A stretch of DNA of 24,000 bases, from assembly GCA_022803075.1 (NCBI GenBank), contig JAFFTF010000004.1, positions 164,852 to 188,851 on the forward strand, written 5' to 3'. This document shows positions 7,798-16,974 of this stretch, piece by piece. This DNA is from Micrococcales bacterium 31B (GTDB taxonomy: Bacteria; Actinomycetota; Actinomycetes; Actinomycetales; Dermabacteraceae). The notes below the pieces were generated by a model that was not told where the DNA came from, made no database searches, and worked only from the letters and a program-made list of their open reading frames with translations. The stretch's first letter is position 1. Every line of letters starts with the position of its first letter. Both the position numbers and the translations under genes were made by a program.

Positions 7798-8550
7798 GTG
7801 ACCGCGATCACCCCGGGCGAACGGCTGTTTGCGCGGTGTGCCCACGCTCCCAACTCGCGCGGGTACTGCGGCCCTCGCACGACCGAGTTGGAGGCCGTCG
7901 CGCTCGGAGGCACGGGCGACGTGCTCGCAGCAGCGCGTCGCTTCTCGGGTGTCTGGGTGTACCTCGACCTCGCGGCGCAGCAACTGGGCCGCGATGACCC
8001 GCTCGCCCTCGACCTCGTGCAGGCCTATTGGTTGGGGACGCCCCCGCCCCCGGGATTCGCGCGCCCCGCGTTCGCGCGTGACCTGGTGCAGCGCATCGCG
8101 AACCAGGCGGGCTCTTATTGGAAGTACCTGACCCCCGAGCTCGAGGCCGAGGTGGTGCCCACCCACGGGTTTCACGTGTTCGGCGTGTACCCGTGGAGTC
8201 GACTGCTGCACCGGGGCGCCCCCGAACCGCTCATGGTGCTGGAATCCTGCCGTCTCACGCCCGCGCGGGTACTCGCGGTGTCGGGTGCTGGGCCGGGGGA
8301 TCGCCTGCTGGTCGCGGCGCGCCCGCTCGAATGCGTCGACGGTGAACTGCGGCTCCGAGCGGAGCGGGAGCGCTGGGTCGAGTACACGCTCGGCGGCGGC
8401 ACCTTCTTCGACGCGCCGCCGCGCGTGGGCGACTGGGTGGCGCTGCACTGGGATTTCGCGTGCACCGCGCTGACCGCGGCCCAGGCAGCCGCCCTGGAGG
8501 CCGACACGGTAGAGCAGGTGCGGTGCGTGAACCTGCGGGCCGAGGCGTAG
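7798..8550 (+). CDS. Conserved-looking hypothetical protein closing the hyp operon (Cys motif CAHAPNSRGYCGP)
   Basis: 250-aa ORF starting at GTG 7798, 6 nt after SD ggaggg (7786-7791) and 13 nt after the hypD stop. High-GC3 coding pattern. I can name no domain with confidence. Confidence 0.65.
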   Translation: MTAITPGERLFARCAHAPNSRGYCGPRTTELEAVALGGTGDVLAAARRFSGVWVYLDLAAQQLGRDDPLALDLVQAYWLGTPPPPGFARPAFARDLVQRIANQAGSYWKYLTPELEAEVVPTHGFHVFGVYPWSRLLHRGAPEPLMVLESCRLTPARVLAVSGAGPGDRLLVAARPLECVDGELRLRAERERWVEYTLGGGTFFDAPPRVGDWVALHWDFACTALTAAQAAALEADTVEQVRCVNLRAEA

Positions 8551-8626
8551 CGCCACACAACAACGCGGCCGACCCGAGGCCGGGCCGACCGCGCGTCCGC
8601 AAGCACCTCTCGGCGCCTCAACCGAA

Positions 8627-10717
8627 TTAGCAGCCCTTGCGGACCACCTGCACCACCGAGGGGCGCGGCCCACTGACCTGGCCGGGGGCGGGCGAACTCT
8701 TCACCACGTCGGGCCAGTACGAGGCCGGGGCGTCGAACTCGCCGTCTTCACCGGGGTGCTGCACCGCGACGAAGACCGAGCCGTCGCGGTCGTGGATGAC
8801 CGGACCGCACGTCTCGGCGCCCGCGGGCACCGCGAGGAACTGCTCAATCGTGCCGCGCTTGTCACCCTCGAGGTACACGCGGTAGAGGCCATCGTTGTAC
8901 CCGATGGTGCCGGGCTGGCCGTCGGTCGAGATCCACAGGTGGCCCTCGGAGTCGAACGCGAGGTTGTCGGGGCACGAGAGCGGCGCGACGGGAATCTCGA
9001 CGCCGCCGAGCACCACCTTCGCGTCCTTCGGCGTTCCCGCGAGCAGCAGCAGGGTCCACGTGAACTGCAGCGGGTCGGCCGTCTCGGTGATTTCGATGAT
9101 CTGACCGGTCTTGTTGTTCGCGCGCGGGTTGGCTGCGTCCACCTGCTCGGCCGTGCGCGACGTGTTGTTGGTGCACGCGGCGTACACGCGGCCCGTGATC
9201 GGGTGAATGTCGACGTCCTCGGGGCGGTCCATCTTGGTGGCACCAGCCTGATCGGCCGCGAGACGCGTAAACACGCAGATCTGCTCGACGCTCATGCCCT
9301 CGATCATCGATTCGCCGCCGACCATGAGGGGCAGCCACTCGCCCGTGGGCGCGCCGTCAGCGCCCGTCTCGGCGTTGAAGCGCGCTACGTACAGGTCGCC
9401 CGCGCTCAGCAGGGTCTTGTTGAACTCGCGGTCGCCCTCGCGGTACTTATCGGCCGAGACGAACCGGTAAATGTACTCGAAGCGCTCGTCGTCACCCATA
9501 TACGCCACGGCGTGGCCCTCGGCGTTGATGTGTACGTTGGCGCCCTCGTGCTTGAAGCGGCCCAGGGCCGTGTGCTTGACGGGAGTCGAGGTGGGGTCGT
9601 GCGGGTCGATCTCGATGACGTAGCCGAACCGGTTGGGCTCGTTTTCGCCGCCGGTCAGCGTCGCGTCAAAGCGCGGGTCGACCTTTTCGTAGCCGTAGCC
9701 CGCGCTGTCGGGTGCCAGGCCGTAGCGGGCGTTTTCGGGGGTCTCGGGGGCGTTGAAGTAGCCGTGAAAGTTCTCTTCGCCCGAGAGCACCGTGCCCCAG
9801 GGGGTGGTGCCGCCCGAGCAGTTTGCGAACGTGCCGTAGGCGATGGTGCCGGTCGGGTCGGCCGCCGTCTTCACGTGCTCCGAGCCCGCGCCGGGACCGT
9901 CGAGCACGAACTTCGTGGTGGCGGTGATGCGGCGGTTGTGGGGGCCGTCAACGACCGCGGTCCACGGCTTGGTGTGCTTCTTGCGCGCCAGGTCAACGAT
10001 GCTGAAGCCGACGGCCTGCATCGAGACGCGCAGGTTTTCGAGTTCAGCCTCGCCCGTCGCGCCGGGCGGATACATGAGGCCATCGTTGGTGTATTCGTGG
10101 TTGCAGGTGAGCAGGGCGCGCGTGGCACCGTGCCTGGCGTGGCCATCGAGCTCAATGATGTCGAGGTAGTCGTTGTTGTAGCCGAACCGCTTGGCCTGCA
10201 GCGCGGCGGTCTGCTGCGTGATGTCGAAGGCGGGCACGCCCGAGAACAGGGGGTCGCCCCAGCGCAAAATGACGTGCGACTCGAAGCCAGCGGGCACCGT
10301 CATCGAGTCGACGTCACGGGCCACGGGGGCGATGGCGTCGAACTCGAAGTCGGCGACGCGGGTACGACCCTTGCCCTTGCCGGGGTTGCTCTTGCCGGGG
10401 TTGCCCCGACCCTTGCCGTTATTGCCGTCCTTGGCGGCTGCGGCGAGGGGGTTGGCGAGCGAGAACGCTCCGCCCGCGAGGAACGCGAGGGCACCGGCAC
10501 CCTTCAGCAGGTTGCGGCGGGTCAGGTCGGAGACGACCGATTCGAAGGTGCCGTTGCCGCTCACGTTGGGGGCGGGCTTCGAGCACTGGTCGGCGCACTT
10601 GAGGTGGCACGTGACGGCGCTGCGCCGGCCGTGGGTCAGGCCGAGCATTGGGAGAAACCGGCGGCCCTGGGGGGCGGGCTGCTGGGCAGGCTGGGGGGAG
10701 GGGTGGGAGCATGACAT
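8627..10717 (-). CDS. phoX: PhoX-family (DUF839) secreted alkaline phosphatase with a Tat signal
   Basis: Twin-arginine motif TRRNLLKGAGALAFLAGGAF. PhoX-like core NCSGGTTPWGTVLSGEENF and beta-propeller-type text throughout. Start ATG 10717 has AAGAGG 7 nt upstream; the internal ATG 10648 has no SD. Confidence 0.85.
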   Translation of the reverse strand: MSCSHPSPQPAQQPAPQGRRFLPMLGLTHGRRSAVTCHLKCADQCSKPAPNVSGNGTFESVVSDLTRRNLLKGAGALAFLAGGAFSLANPLAAAAKDGNNGKGRGNPGKSNPGKGKGRTRVADFEFDAIAPVARDVDSMTVPAGFESHVILRWGDPLFSGVPAFDITQQTAALQAKRFGYNNDYLDIIELDGHARHGATRALLTCNHEYTNDGLMYPPGATGEAELENLRVSMQAVGFSIVDLARKKHTKPWTAVVDGPHNRRITATTKFVLDGPGAGSEHVKTAADPTGTIAYGTFANCSGGTTPWGTVLSGEENFHGYFNAPETPENARYGLAPDSAGYGYEKVDPRFDATLTGGENEPNRFGYVIEIDPHDPTSTPVKHTALGRFKHEGANVHINAEGHAVAYMGDDERFEYIYRFVSADKYREGDREFNKTLLSAGDLYVARFNAETGADGAPTGEWLPLMVGGESMIEGMSVEQICVFTRLAADQAGATKMDRPEDVDIHPITGRVYAACTNNTSRTAEQVDAANPRANNKTGQIIEITETADPLQFTWTLLLLAGTPKDAKVVLGGVEIPVAPLSCPDNLAFDSEGHLWISTDGQPGTIGYNDGLYRVYLEGDKRGTIEQFLAVPAGAETCGPVIHDRDGSVFVAVQHPGEDGEFDAPASYWPDVVKSSPAPGQVSGPRPSVVQVVRKGC

Positions 10718-10802
10718 GGTGTTGCCTCTTAACGTGGTGGTAGATCAACCCGGGCAGCCTATAAGGGGTGATCTACGCGGTTGAGACCCTTGTCTTAATT
10801 TT

Positions 10803-10832
10803 GTGACCGCTTGAGGTGAACGCCAAGTAACC
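10803..10832 (-). promoter_or_regulatory. Candidate PhoP-type direct repeats (PHO-box-like) upstream of phoX
   Basis: The minus strand reads GGTTACttggc GTTCACCtcaagc GGTCAC. The first two hexamers are 11 nt apart and the third is 13 nt further on. They lie 86-115 nt upstream of the phoX start. GTTCACC matches the core of Streptomyces PHO boxes. Confidence 0.25.
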
Positions 10833-10912
10833 ACGTAGATGTCTTGGGTAACGAGATGTGGGGGCGGGGCGCGGGGTATCGGACGCTCCGGGGGCAGGGC
10901 CGTTCGGGCAGC

Positions 10913-10946
10913 AAAAACCCGCCTGCCTCGGCACGAGGCGGGCGGG
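10913..10946 (-). terminator. Rho-independent terminator of crgA
   Basis: The minus strand reads CCCGCCCGCCTCG-tgc-CGAGGCAGGCGGG-TTTTT: 12 of 13 bp paired, a 3-nt loop, then a T5 tract. It begins 30 nt after the crgA stop. Confidence 0.75.
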
Positions 10947-10975
10947 TTCGTCGTAAGCGCGAGCGCTGGCGGGGG

Positions 10976-11242
10976 TTACTTCCAGTTCAGGAGCATGCCG
11001 AAGCCCACGAGCATGACGCCGCCGCCGACCGCGAGGTTCCAGTTGCCGATGTTCAGCGGGTACTGCGCGTAACCGCTCGCGCTGAGCACGTAGGTGGCCA
11101 CGAGATAGGCGAGGCCGAGCACCATCAGGGTGACCATGAGGGGCGCGTACCACCGGGGGTTCGTCGTCGAAGCGGGGCGCGGCCGCGAGGCACTCGTTCG
11201 CCGAGTGTCCTTGGCGGAGCGGGCTTCTTTCGATTCAGACAC
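10976..11242 (-). CDS. crgA: Cell division membrane protein CrgA
   Basis: 88 aa. Basic N-terminus, then NPRWYAPLMVTLMVLGLAYLV (TM1) and IGNWNLAVGGGVMLVGFGMLLNWK (TM2), the typical CrgA pattern. GTG start. Conserved neighbourhood with sortase and trpG. Confidence 0.85.
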   Translation of the reverse strand: MSESKEARSAKDTRRTSASRPRPASTTNPRWYAPLMVTLMVLGLAYLVATYVLSASGYAQYPLNIGNWNLAVGGGVMLVGFGMLLNWK

Positions 11243-11581
11243 GATAGATACTCACCTTGCTTGTTGGTTCGCCACGCGGGGAAGCGGGCGGGCGTGGAAT
11301 CTGAGATGCGGCGCGGGCGCCCATCGCAGCACTTCGCGGCGCTCCCACGCGCGACATTTGGACCCAATTCTACGATATGAAGTTGTGACACTGCAGCATA
11401 TGCTCGCTCAGCAGGGCGCTTGTGCCCCATTGCCGCCACGTATTCAGGGAGCATCCAGGCTGTTTTCTAAAAGTGCTCCTGATGCCGACTGCGCAAATTG
11501 GCGGTACCGTTGAAGTACTCATTGTGGCTGCGCGAGATCCGGCGCGCCACCTGTACCAATGGTTTTGTCGAGCGAGGGCAC

Positions 11582-12379
11582 ATGTCAGATGCTGCAGTAC
11601 TCAACGAATCGCGTAACTCGCCGCCATCACGCGGTGCGGTGGCGATCATCAGCGGCGTGTTGGGCGAGATTCTCATTACCCTCGGCGTGTTGTGCGGCCT
11701 CTTTGCCGTGTGGCAAATTTTCTGGACCGACGTGGTCGCAGGCGACCTACAACAGAAAACAATCAACTCCGTAGTGCGGGAGTGGGACGCCAGCGCGGCA
11801 GAGCCCCTACCGACCACCGCGGCACCCCGCGGCGAGTACGGCGACCCGCCGGTGCTCGATCGCGACTCGCTCAACCCGTCCCAGGTGTACGGCATCATGT
11901 GGATCCCCCGGTTCGGCGAAAACGGCATCCCCCTCGCAGAGGGCACCGACACCAAGACCGTGCTTGACGAGGGCGAAGCCGGCCACTACCCCGACACCGC
12001 CATGCCCGGTGAGGTCGGCAACTTCGCGACCGCCGCGCACCGCTCGAGCTACGCCAAGCCCTATCACCTCATCGCGGACCTGCAAGAGGGCGACCCCATC
12101 GTCGTCGAAACCAAAGACGCCTATTACGTCTACAAGTACACGAGCTACGAGATCGTGAGCCCCGCAGACACCGCCGTGCTGCTACCCGTGCCACGCCAAC
12201 CTGAGGCCACCGCAACCGACCGGCTGCTCACCCTCACCGCCTGCCACCCCATGTACTCACTGCGCGAGCGGTACATTGCCTACGGCAAGTTCGACTACTG
12301 GGTGCCGCGTAGCGCGGGCATCCCCGCCGAGATCCTCACGACCACCAACGTTGCCGCTGCGGCCCAAGGAGCCAACTAA
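11582..12379 (+). CDS. srtE: Class E sortase (membrane-anchored transpeptidase)
   Basis: N-terminal TM segment (VAIISGVLGEILITLGVLCGLFAVW). Catalytic TLTACHP motif. Downstream Arg (LRERYIAYG). I preferred ATG 11582 with GAGGG 5 nt upstream; the ORF is open from 11498. Confidence 0.85.
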   Translation: MSDAAVLNESRNSPPSRGAVAIISGVLGEILITLGVLCGLFAVWQIFWTDVVAGDLQQKTINSVVREWDASAAEPLPTTAAPRGEYGDPPVLDRDSLNPSQVYGIMWIPRFGENGIPLAEGTDTKTVLDEGEAGHYPDTAMPGEVGNFATAAHRSSYAKPYHLIADLQEGDPIVVETKDAYYVYKYTSYEIVSPADTAVLLPVPRQPEATATDRLLTLTACHPMYSLRERYIAYGKFDYWVPRSAGIPAEILTTTNVAAAAQGAN

Positions 12380-12540
12380 TGTATGCTGCCCTATGGCGCG
12401 TCCTGCCGGGACACTGGTTCCTCAAAGTGCTGATCCTGTTGGCCCTGGCCTTCGGCGTCGTCGTGCTCTGCTTTAACTACGTATTCCCCGCCATCGCGCC
12501 GTTTGTGCCGTTCAACAACGAGGCGACGGTCGGCAGCTGA
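12379..12540 (+). CDS. Small (53 aa) single-pass membrane protein, below the ORF-track cutoff
   Basis: My own translation: MYAALWRVLPGHWFLKVLILLALAFGVVVLCFNYVFPAIAPFVPFNNEATVGS. The ATG overlaps the sortase stop (TAATG). GC3-rich codons. It ends 11 nt before trpG. Confidence 0.6.
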   Translation: MYAALWRVLPGHWFLKVLILLALAFGVVVLCFNYVFPAIAPFVPFNNEATVGS

Positions 12541-12551
12541 TTCGAGGCCCC

Positions 12552-13229
12552 ATGAACACCGCCGCACCCGGCGCCACCGCGCAGGCTCAACCTCGCATTC
12601 TCGTGGTCGACAACTACGACTCGTTCGTCTACACCATCGTCGGCTACCTGCAGCAACTCGGTGCGCACTGCGACGTGGTGCGTAACGATGAGGTCCCCCG
12701 TGACGGCGCGGGCGTGCCCGATCTCGCAGGCTACGATGGCGTGCTCTTGTCGCCCGGCCCCGGAAACCCGGCCGAAGCCGGAGCGTCACTCGACGTGATT
12801 CGGGCGTGCGCGGCGTCCGCCACCCCCATGCTGGGTGTGTGCCTCGGCCACCAGGCGCTCGGCGAGGCGTTCGGCGCCACCGTTACCCATGCCGAACACC
12901 TCATGCACGGCAAGACGAGCCTTGTGCAGCACGCGAACGCGGGTGTCTTTGCGGGCCTGAACGCGCCCTTCACCGCGACGCGCTATCACTCGCTCGCGGT
13001 CGTGCGCTCCACAGTGCCCGCCGAACTGGTGATCACCGCGGAGACCGCGGACGGCGTCGTGATGGGTCTCCAGCACGCGACGCTGCCGCTGCACGGCGTG
13101 CAGTTTCACCCCGAATCGGTGAAGACCGAGGGCGGGCATCGCCTGCTCGCGAACTGGCTCGAGGGCATCGACGGCGTTTCGGCCGCCGAGCGCTCGCGCG
13201 GCCTCGCCCCGCTCGTCAGCGCCACCTAG
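12552..13229 (+). CDS. trpG: Glutamine amidotransferase component II of anthranilate / aminodeoxychorismate synthase (TrpG/PabA)
   Basis: ILVVDNYDSFVYTIV; catalytic GVCLGHQALG; RYHSL; GVQFHPESV. Sequence alone cannot distinguish TrpG from PabA. Confidence 0.9.
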   Translation: MNTAAPGATAQAQPRILVVDNYDSFVYTIVGYLQQLGAHCDVVRNDEVPRDGAGVPDLAGYDGVLLSPGPGNPAEAGASLDVIRACAASATPMLGVCLGHQALGEAFGATVTHAEHLMHGKTSLVQHANAGVFAGLNAPFTATRYHSLAVVRSTVPAELVITAETADGVVMGLQHATLPLHGVQFHPESVKTEGGHRLLANWLEGIDGVSAAERSRGLAPLVSAT

Positions 13230-13239
13230 CCGGCGCTAC

Positions 13240-15795
13240 CTACACCGACTCCTGCTTCGACCCGCGCCGCAGGCGAGCCCACAGCTTCTGGGCGACCCGA
13301 GCCCGAGGCCTCAGCGCCCGCGTCTCGCGGTCGAGGGTGTGCACCACCTGGGCGAGCGGCACGTGTTTGGTCAGGGTCGTCACTGCCCCCACCACACCCG
13401 GGTCGCGATACCGGCGCTCGTTGAGCGCGTCTACGAGGGCGCCCCAATCGCTGTGCAACTCGTCGCCGAGCGTCAGGCCCCGTTCGCCGAGCGCGCGCGT
13501 GGCCGCCTGCAGCGTCTCGCTTGGGGCAGTGCCCGCCGGCCAGCCGAAACCACGGTCGGACGCCACGGCACCCACCTCGGCATAGGCCGCCTCCAGGGCT
13601 GCGCGGCTCGGCAGCGGGGTCGTCGCCGCGTCGCCCATGGCCGCGAAGTGTTGGCGCTGCTGCCAGGCGCGGCGCCCACGCGACCAGGCGTGCGGTAGGT
13701 GCAGCGCGCCGATGGCGAGCACGAGCAGTGCGAGGGCCGCCGCGGCAAGCCGCGCCGGAAGACTGAGACCCTCAAACCAACCCGTGACGCGCTCCATGAC
13801 GCTGGGCGTGGCTACCGCGTCCGCGCTCGCGGCGGTGCCCGGCGCCGGGGCGGCACCCTCGGCCGGGTCGGTGAGCGCCGACGAGGCCGAGGCGCTGGGC
13901 GTCGCGGACGAGGTCGAGTCGCTCGGCTCGGGGGTCGCCGAACTGGAGGTCTCGGAGGGGGTGGCGCTCGGCTCGGGGGTCGACCCGGGCGGCGGCCCGT
14001 TCAATTGGTCTTGCCAGGACGGCGACGAATATGAGCCCGTCGGGCCCGCGGGCGTCGGCTCGAACCGCACCCACTGCGGATTCTCCGTGGTGCCCATGTT
14101 GAGCTCGGGCCACGCGTGGGCGTTGTGATTCGTCACGACCACGTTGCCGTTGGCGTCGGGCTGCCCCAGGTAGCCCACGACGACTCGCGCCTCGATGCCC
14201 TCGTACTGCGCCATGAGCGCCATCACCGACGAGAACTGCTCGCAGTACCCCTCGCCCGACTGCAAGAAACCCGTGATCGGGTCGGTGTCCTCGGGCGAGG
14301 TGTAGTTAATGTTGTAGCGAAACCCGCGAAAGTAGTTTTGCAGCGCGAGCGCCTTGTCGAGCTTGGTTTCCGCGCCCGAGGTCACCTCGTCGCTCACCGT
14401 GCGCAGCAGCGTGGGCACGCTGCTCGTGAGCGCGGACGATGAGGTCTGCATGCTCCACGCGCTTGGGTCAGCCACCTCGGCGCGGCTCGTCACCTCGTAC
14501 GACAGGCCGCGATTCGACGCGCTTTGAAACTTCAAAACCTGGCCAAACGCGTTGTAGCCCCATTCGCCGGAACCCTCGAGCATTTGCGCGGATTCGACCC
14601 CTGCGGGCACCGGCAGGTAGCGATTCTGCGCCCCCACGTCGATGAAGGTGTAGGTCACGTTTTGGCCGGTGTAGGGCGCGGGGGGTTGCGCGGTCAGGCC
14701 GTCGCTGGCCTGGCTCAGGTCAGCGTCGAATTCGTCACCCACCTGCCGCCACGTGTAATTTTGGTAGAGGCTCAGCACTCCCACGCGCACGTAGTTATCG
14801 GCGTTCGCGGTGTCGGTGGCGAAGGTGAAAACCTCGCGCTCCACGGGGTCGCGCAACTGGCTCGACACGTTGACCGAATTGTCGAGCATCGAGCCGCCCG
14901 CCACCTGCCCGTACTGGGTGACATCGAACGCAAACGACGGCGACCCGATGGTCTCCGTGCGCGAACTGAGCGCCCCACCCGCCACGGCCACGCCGATCGC
15001 GACCACGCCGACGAGGAGGGTGCTCACGGTACCGAGGGCCCGGGCGTCCGCCCTAAATCGGCGGGTCGAGCCGGACGCGCGGGGCACCCGTTGGTGCCGC
15101 GTGGGACGCGTGGCGACGTCCACGAGAAACATGAGGCCGCAGGCCAGGGTCGCGACGGCAAAAATGGTGGGGTCGGGATTGAGGGGGGTGAACAGTCCGC
15201 TCGCGATGACAACCCCGAGGATGGGCAGCAGCGAGAGCGCCACCGCCCGCAGGCTCACGTACGTGGCGTCGATCCAGGCGGTCAGCACGGCCACGCCCAG
15301 CGTGGCGAGCGCGAGGGTGTTGCCGAGAATCACGAGGGGAACGCGCCCCGTAGCGATGTCGAGGCGCACCGGTTCGATGAACTCGGCCACGGCACTGGGG
15401 TTCCAGTTGGCCGGGAGCACTACGTTCGGGGTGAGCGGTGCGACGCCCGGCAGCACCATCGCGATGACGAACAGTTGCACGGGCACCGTGAGCAGCACGC
15501 GCAGCCACGACCGGGCAAAGGGGGCAGCGAGGGCCAACGCGAGGCGCACGAGGGCGCCCGCCGCGAGCACGAGCGCAATCATGCCGTGGGCCGAGTTCAG
15601 CCAGGTGACCTCGATGATGGGGTGCAGCGAGTACACCACGGCCCACGCGGCGAAAGCGGCGATCGCGGTGCGCGCGAGATCGCGGCGGATGGCACGCCAG
15701 CGAGCACCGGGCGCCTGCGGGGCCCCCTGCGGCGACTTCAGGGTCGCGGCGGATGGCACATGTGCGGCGTTCACAAGAGTTGGGTTCGTGGTCAT
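13240..15795 (-). CDS. Multi-pass membrane transglutaminase-like protein (TgpA-type)
   Basis: About 6 N-terminal TM helices. Transglutaminase core GEGYCEQFSSVMALM ... NAHAWPE. S/T/P/E-rich linker (PEPSATPSETSSSATPEPSDSTSSATPSASASS), one more TM segment and a C-terminal cytoplasmic tail. I chose ATG 15795 (ATGA overlap with the DUF58 stop) over 15861. Confidence 0.85.
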   Translation of the reverse strand: MTTNPTLVNAAHVPSAATLKSPQGAPQAPGARWRAIRRDLARTAIAAFAAWAVVYSLHPIIEVTWLNSAHGMIALVLAAGALVRLALALAAPFARSWLRVLLTVPVQLFVIAMVLPGVAPLTPNVVLPANWNPSAVAEFIEPVRLDIATGRVPLVILGNTLALATLGVAVLTAWIDATYVSLRAVALSLLPILGVVIASGLFTPLNPDPTIFAVATLACGLMFLVDVATRPTRHQRVPRASGSTRRFRADARALGTVSTLLVGVVAIGVAVAGGALSSRTETIGSPSFAFDVTQYGQVAGGSMLDNSVNVSSQLRDPVEREVFTFATDTANADNYVRVGVLSLYQNYTWRQVGDEFDADLSQASDGLTAQPPAPYTGQNVTYTFIDVGAQNRYLPVPAGVESAQMLEGSGEWGYNAFGQVLKFQSASNRGLSYEVTSRAEVADPSAWSMQTSSSALTSSVPTLLRTVSDEVTSGAETKLDKALALQNYFRGFRYNINYTSPEDTDPITGFLQSGEGYCEQFSSVMALMAQYEGIEARVVVGYLGQPDANGNVVVTNHNAHAWPELNMGTTENPQWVRFEPTPAGPTGSYSSPSWQDQLNGPPPGSTPEPSATPSETSSSATPEPSDSTSSATPSASASSALTDPAEGAAPAPGTAASADAVATPSVMERVTGWFEGLSLPARLAAAALALLVLAIGALHLPHAWSRGRRAWQQRQHFAAMGDAATTPLPSRAALEAAYAEVGAVASDRGFGWPAGTAPSETLQAATRALGERGLTLGDELHSDWGALVDALNERRYRDPGVVGAVTTLTKHVPLAQVVHTLDRETRALRPRARVAQKLWARLRRGSKQESV

Positions 15796-16973
15796 AGCGT
15801 TTCCAGCACCGACTCCCAGGCCTGCGTGAACTGGGCGTGACGAGGGCCCTCCGGATGCCACGGCACCGCCATGGGGCGCGGATGGGCAGGGTTGCCGCCG
15901 CGCGTGGAGACCTCGCCGCTGCCGACCGTGAAGACGAGGCTTGGGCGCGAGTACGTGTCGTATTCGTCGTGATGCTCGATGAGTTCATGGGTGCGATCGG
16001 CGCGGTGCGGGTCATCGAGCCTGGCCAGCGCGAGGTTACGCTGGGCCACGTGGATGGCTTGGGCGTTCAACCGGGCCCGACCCGGCTGACCCGAGGCTGC
16101 GGCCGCCAGCGAGGGGGCCAAGGCGTTGTTCTGACCGTCGCAGATGCGCACCACCATGCCGTGCTGGGCGAGGTTGACGGCAACGCTCAGGCCGGTCTCG
16201 ACGATCGCGCTGACGTGAGGGCTCTCGGCGCCGCCCATGGCCTCCAGCGCGGGGGTAATCACGACGGTCGCATGCAGTCGCTCGACGGGCTCGACATCGC
16301 GCACCATGAGTTTGCCCCGGCGGGCGCTCGCTCCCCAGTGCACGCGCCGCAGTTCGTCACCCACGGCGTACTCGCGCGGGATCGGGCTGAGTTCGGTTTC
16401 GGCGTCGTGCTGTGCCAGTCTCGACAGTACCGGCAGCGACACCAGGCGCGGCAGCACGAGCACCTCGCGCACCCCTAGCAGGCGGGGAGTCACCGACCGG
16501 CGCCAGAGCCCAAACGGGTCGGTTACGCGGCAACGCGGCGTCGCGAATTCGTAGCGCCCCAGGCGGGCTGAGGGTTCGCCGAGCGCGCCCGACTCGGTTT
16601 CGAGCACTGCGGCGCGCAGGCAACGGCCGACTGTCACGAGCCGGGTGCGCACGGGGTCCCCTTGCAGGGTCTCGGGCACGCCTCCCTCGACCTGCTCGAC
16701 GCGCGCCGGGCCTGCGGCCTGGCTCGGGCCCGGCAGCGCGTTGTCGTAGGCGCGCACCCAGACGGTGCGCGAGAGGTGCAGGGGTCGCCATGCGAACTGA
16801 CATAGTAGCCACGTCAACACGACGAAGAGTGCCAGGGTGACCGCGAGCTGCGCCGCGATGATCACGCCGAAGTTGCTAAACACGTACCAGAGCAGGGCCA
16901 CGAAGGCGAGGACGAAGCCGCCTCGCCACGTGAGAAACGGTAGCCCCAGGAGGGCGGGGCGGGGGTTGGCCAT
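15792..16973 (-). CDS. DUF58 (vWA-like) family protein
   Basis: Two N-terminal TM helices plus the family motif GDELRRVHWGASARRGKLMVRDVE. The start lies 1 nt after the MoxR stop. Confidence 0.85.
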   Translation of the reverse strand: MANPRPALLGLPFLTWRGGFVLAFVALLWYVFSNFGVIIAAQLAVTLALFVVLTWLLCQFAWRPLHLSRTVWVRAYDNALPGPSQAAGPARVEQVEGGVPETLQGDPVRTRLVTVGRCLRAAVLETESGALGEPSARLGRYEFATPRCRVTDPFGLWRRSVTPRLLGVREVLVLPRLVSLPVLSRLAQHDAETELSPIPREYAVGDELRRVHWGASARRGKLMVRDVEPVERLHATVVITPALEAMGGAESPHVSAIVETGLSVAVNLAQHGMVVRICDGQNNALAPSLAAAASGQPGRARLNAQAIHVAQRNLALARLDDPHRADRTHELIEHHDEYDTYSRPSLVFTVGSGEVSTRGGNPAHPRPMAVPWHPEGPRHAQFTQAWESVLETL

Positions 16974-16974
16974 G

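Noticed and set aside
8551-8626. Possible bidirectional terminator hairpin in the convergent gap between the hyp-operon end and the phoX end.
   Set aside because: I can pair only short GC stems (CGGCC...GGCCG, 5 bp) without a U-tract. This is too weak to call.
11395-11404. 10-bp palindrome AGCATATGCT in the crgA/sortase divergent intergenic region, which superficially resembles the AGCATTGCAATGCT palindrome at 20347.
   Set aside because: About 20 perfect 10-bp palindromes are expected by chance in 24 kb, and there is no second copy or extended symmetry.
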